Shown here: piece after piece, positions 62,712 through 64,000 of the stretch
How positions within the stretch are numbered: the stretch's first letter is position 1
Layout: every line of letters starts with the position of its first letter
Assembly: GCF_018350175.1 (NCBI RefSeq)
Contig: NC_058368.1
Location: 203,238,001-203,302,000, forward strand
Direction of reading: 5' to 3'
Origin: Felis catus
Taxonomy: Eukaryota
DNA: 64,000 nt
Notes under the pieces: model-generated
Told to the model about the DNA's origin: nothing
The model's database searches: none
The model's input: only the letters and a program-made list of their open reading frames with translations
Program-made: the position numbers and the translations under genes

Positions 62712-63852
62712 AAAAGGTGACACATTTTAACTTCTTTTAATTGGAAATCAAATAATTTGGTACTGAAGTAGGGCATGATGTTAGAACATGCATAGTAATT
62801 TTACTGCATATATATACAAATATGATATATTATACATATCACATAATGGTGATGTATATTTTTGTGTGGAATATATATTATTATGTGTATTATTTATTAG
62901 TATTATTATGTAATGGTAGGTCTAGGATCTGCTGGCATGTCACATAACATAGGGTCCTTTGCACCTCTGTTCCAGGCTGAGGTGGGCTGTTGGTGCTCTT
63001 TAAGAGCCAAACACAAGGGCAGCCCCCTGCTGGGACAAGCCAGTTTTGTGGCAGAGGGAAAGAACAAGAGAGCTGATGGAACCAGGCAAGGCCTCTTGAA
63101 CATCTGCTCAAACATGGCACAGGTCCCACATCTGTGGGCAAGATGGCTGATGCTGTCACGGGAGGCACTCAGTCAAGTGATAACAGGATATATAACCTTC
63201 CTACAGCAAGCACAATTAAATATTTGGAAACACAAATGTAATCAAGCACCCTTTATTTATTTAATTCAACAAATATATTTTGAATACATCCTATGCGGTA
63301 GGCACTGCACTGAGAGTCAGGGATTTAACTTTGATCTGAAGAGAGGTGTAGCTCCTACTCCAGGGGCGTTACATTCTAGAGTGGTAAGCATTTATAAAAT
63401 CAATAAATTTTGTAAATAGCTATATACTTGTAATCATAACTCATGTTAAAATGCAGTAAAGAACATTAGAGAGGGCATGGTTTTTGTGTTAAAACATTTG
63501 GAAAACCGTCCATTGGGAGAGCTAAGAGACCGGGTCTATACGCTCTTAAAGACAAAAACAAGCACAAGGAAAGATGGAAAGTCCTGGGAAATAAAATTGG
63601 CTCAATGTAAGGAGGCACTGTGGAACAATTCTAAAGGTAGAATGGGATGCTTAAGAGGTAGTGAGCTTCCTATCACTTTAAGTGGTCAATGCCTTTTTGG
63701 TGATGACGTATAGGAAACTCTTGCTGTGGGACAAACAACTGAAATAGGTGTTTTAAAAATCTTTAGCACCTTAAGGTTATTTACAAATGTGCAAACTTTA
63801 AGTAAATAAAATAATTTATAAAGGAGTTCTCCATTAAAAAAAAAAAAAGTAA

Positions 63853-64000
63853 GGGGCTCCTGGGTGGCTCAGTTGGTTTAAGCGTCCCACTTCGGCTCAG
63901 GTCATGATTTCACAGTTCATGAGTTCGAGCCCGGCATTGTGTCGGGCTCTGTGCTGACAGCTCAGAGCCTGGAGCCTGCTTCAGGTTCTGTGTCCCCCTC
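63853..64000 (+). mobile_element. CanSINE (runs off window end)
   Basis: ggggctcctgggtggctcagttgg head and body. Confidence 0.9.

Noticed and set aside
2022..62723. Many 60-150 aa ORFs with recurring sequences such as GAPGWRSRLSVRLQPGHDL or SLSLSLS
   Set aside because: They are translations of CanSINE bodies and (CT)n tracts, not genes
62913..63419. Longest ORF in the track (168 aa)
   Set aside because: No recognisable domain or exon structure; the 3' part runs through an L2-like end (atttattcaacaaatattt..ggcactg)
1..64000. tRNA genes, CRISPR arrays or prokaryotic systems; calling the fossil gene RGSL1 or RGS22 itself
   Set aside because: tRNA-like A/B boxes all belong to SINEs and no spaced repeat array exists. 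Similarity to RGSL1/RGS22 is motif-level and from memory, so no gene symbol is assigned.

Overview
Mammalian, AT-rich, repeat-dense genomic DNA from a cat-family (feliform) genome. About 41 tRNA-derived CanSINEs (SINEC_Fc type) are present, 8 of them from a very young subfamily with intact TSDs. Old L1, L2 and MIR, MaLR/ERVL LTRs and hAT-Charlie MITEs fill much of the rest. I find no intact protein-coding gene; the ORF-track calls I could assign are SINE, L1 or chance frames, apart from a few that overlap fossil exons. The main signal is a decayed multi-exon fossil gene across ~1-36.2 kb. It has about 20 GT-AG-flanked exon-like blocks whose translations (with stops and frameshifts) repeatedly resemble RGS22/RGSL1-family multi-RGS-domain motifs. 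That comparison is by eye against sequences recalled from memory; no alignment was run. The exons lie in four blocks of alternating orientation (+ 1-7.0 kb, - 8.4-9.6 kb, + 9.8-23.1 kb, - 23.6-36.2 kb), which suggests a scrambled unitary pseudogene of an unrecognised paralog. Smaller curiosities: a tailless U6 retropseudogene with a 17-bp TSD, a candidate L1 3' transduction, same-site SINE re-insertions and templated-insertion scars.
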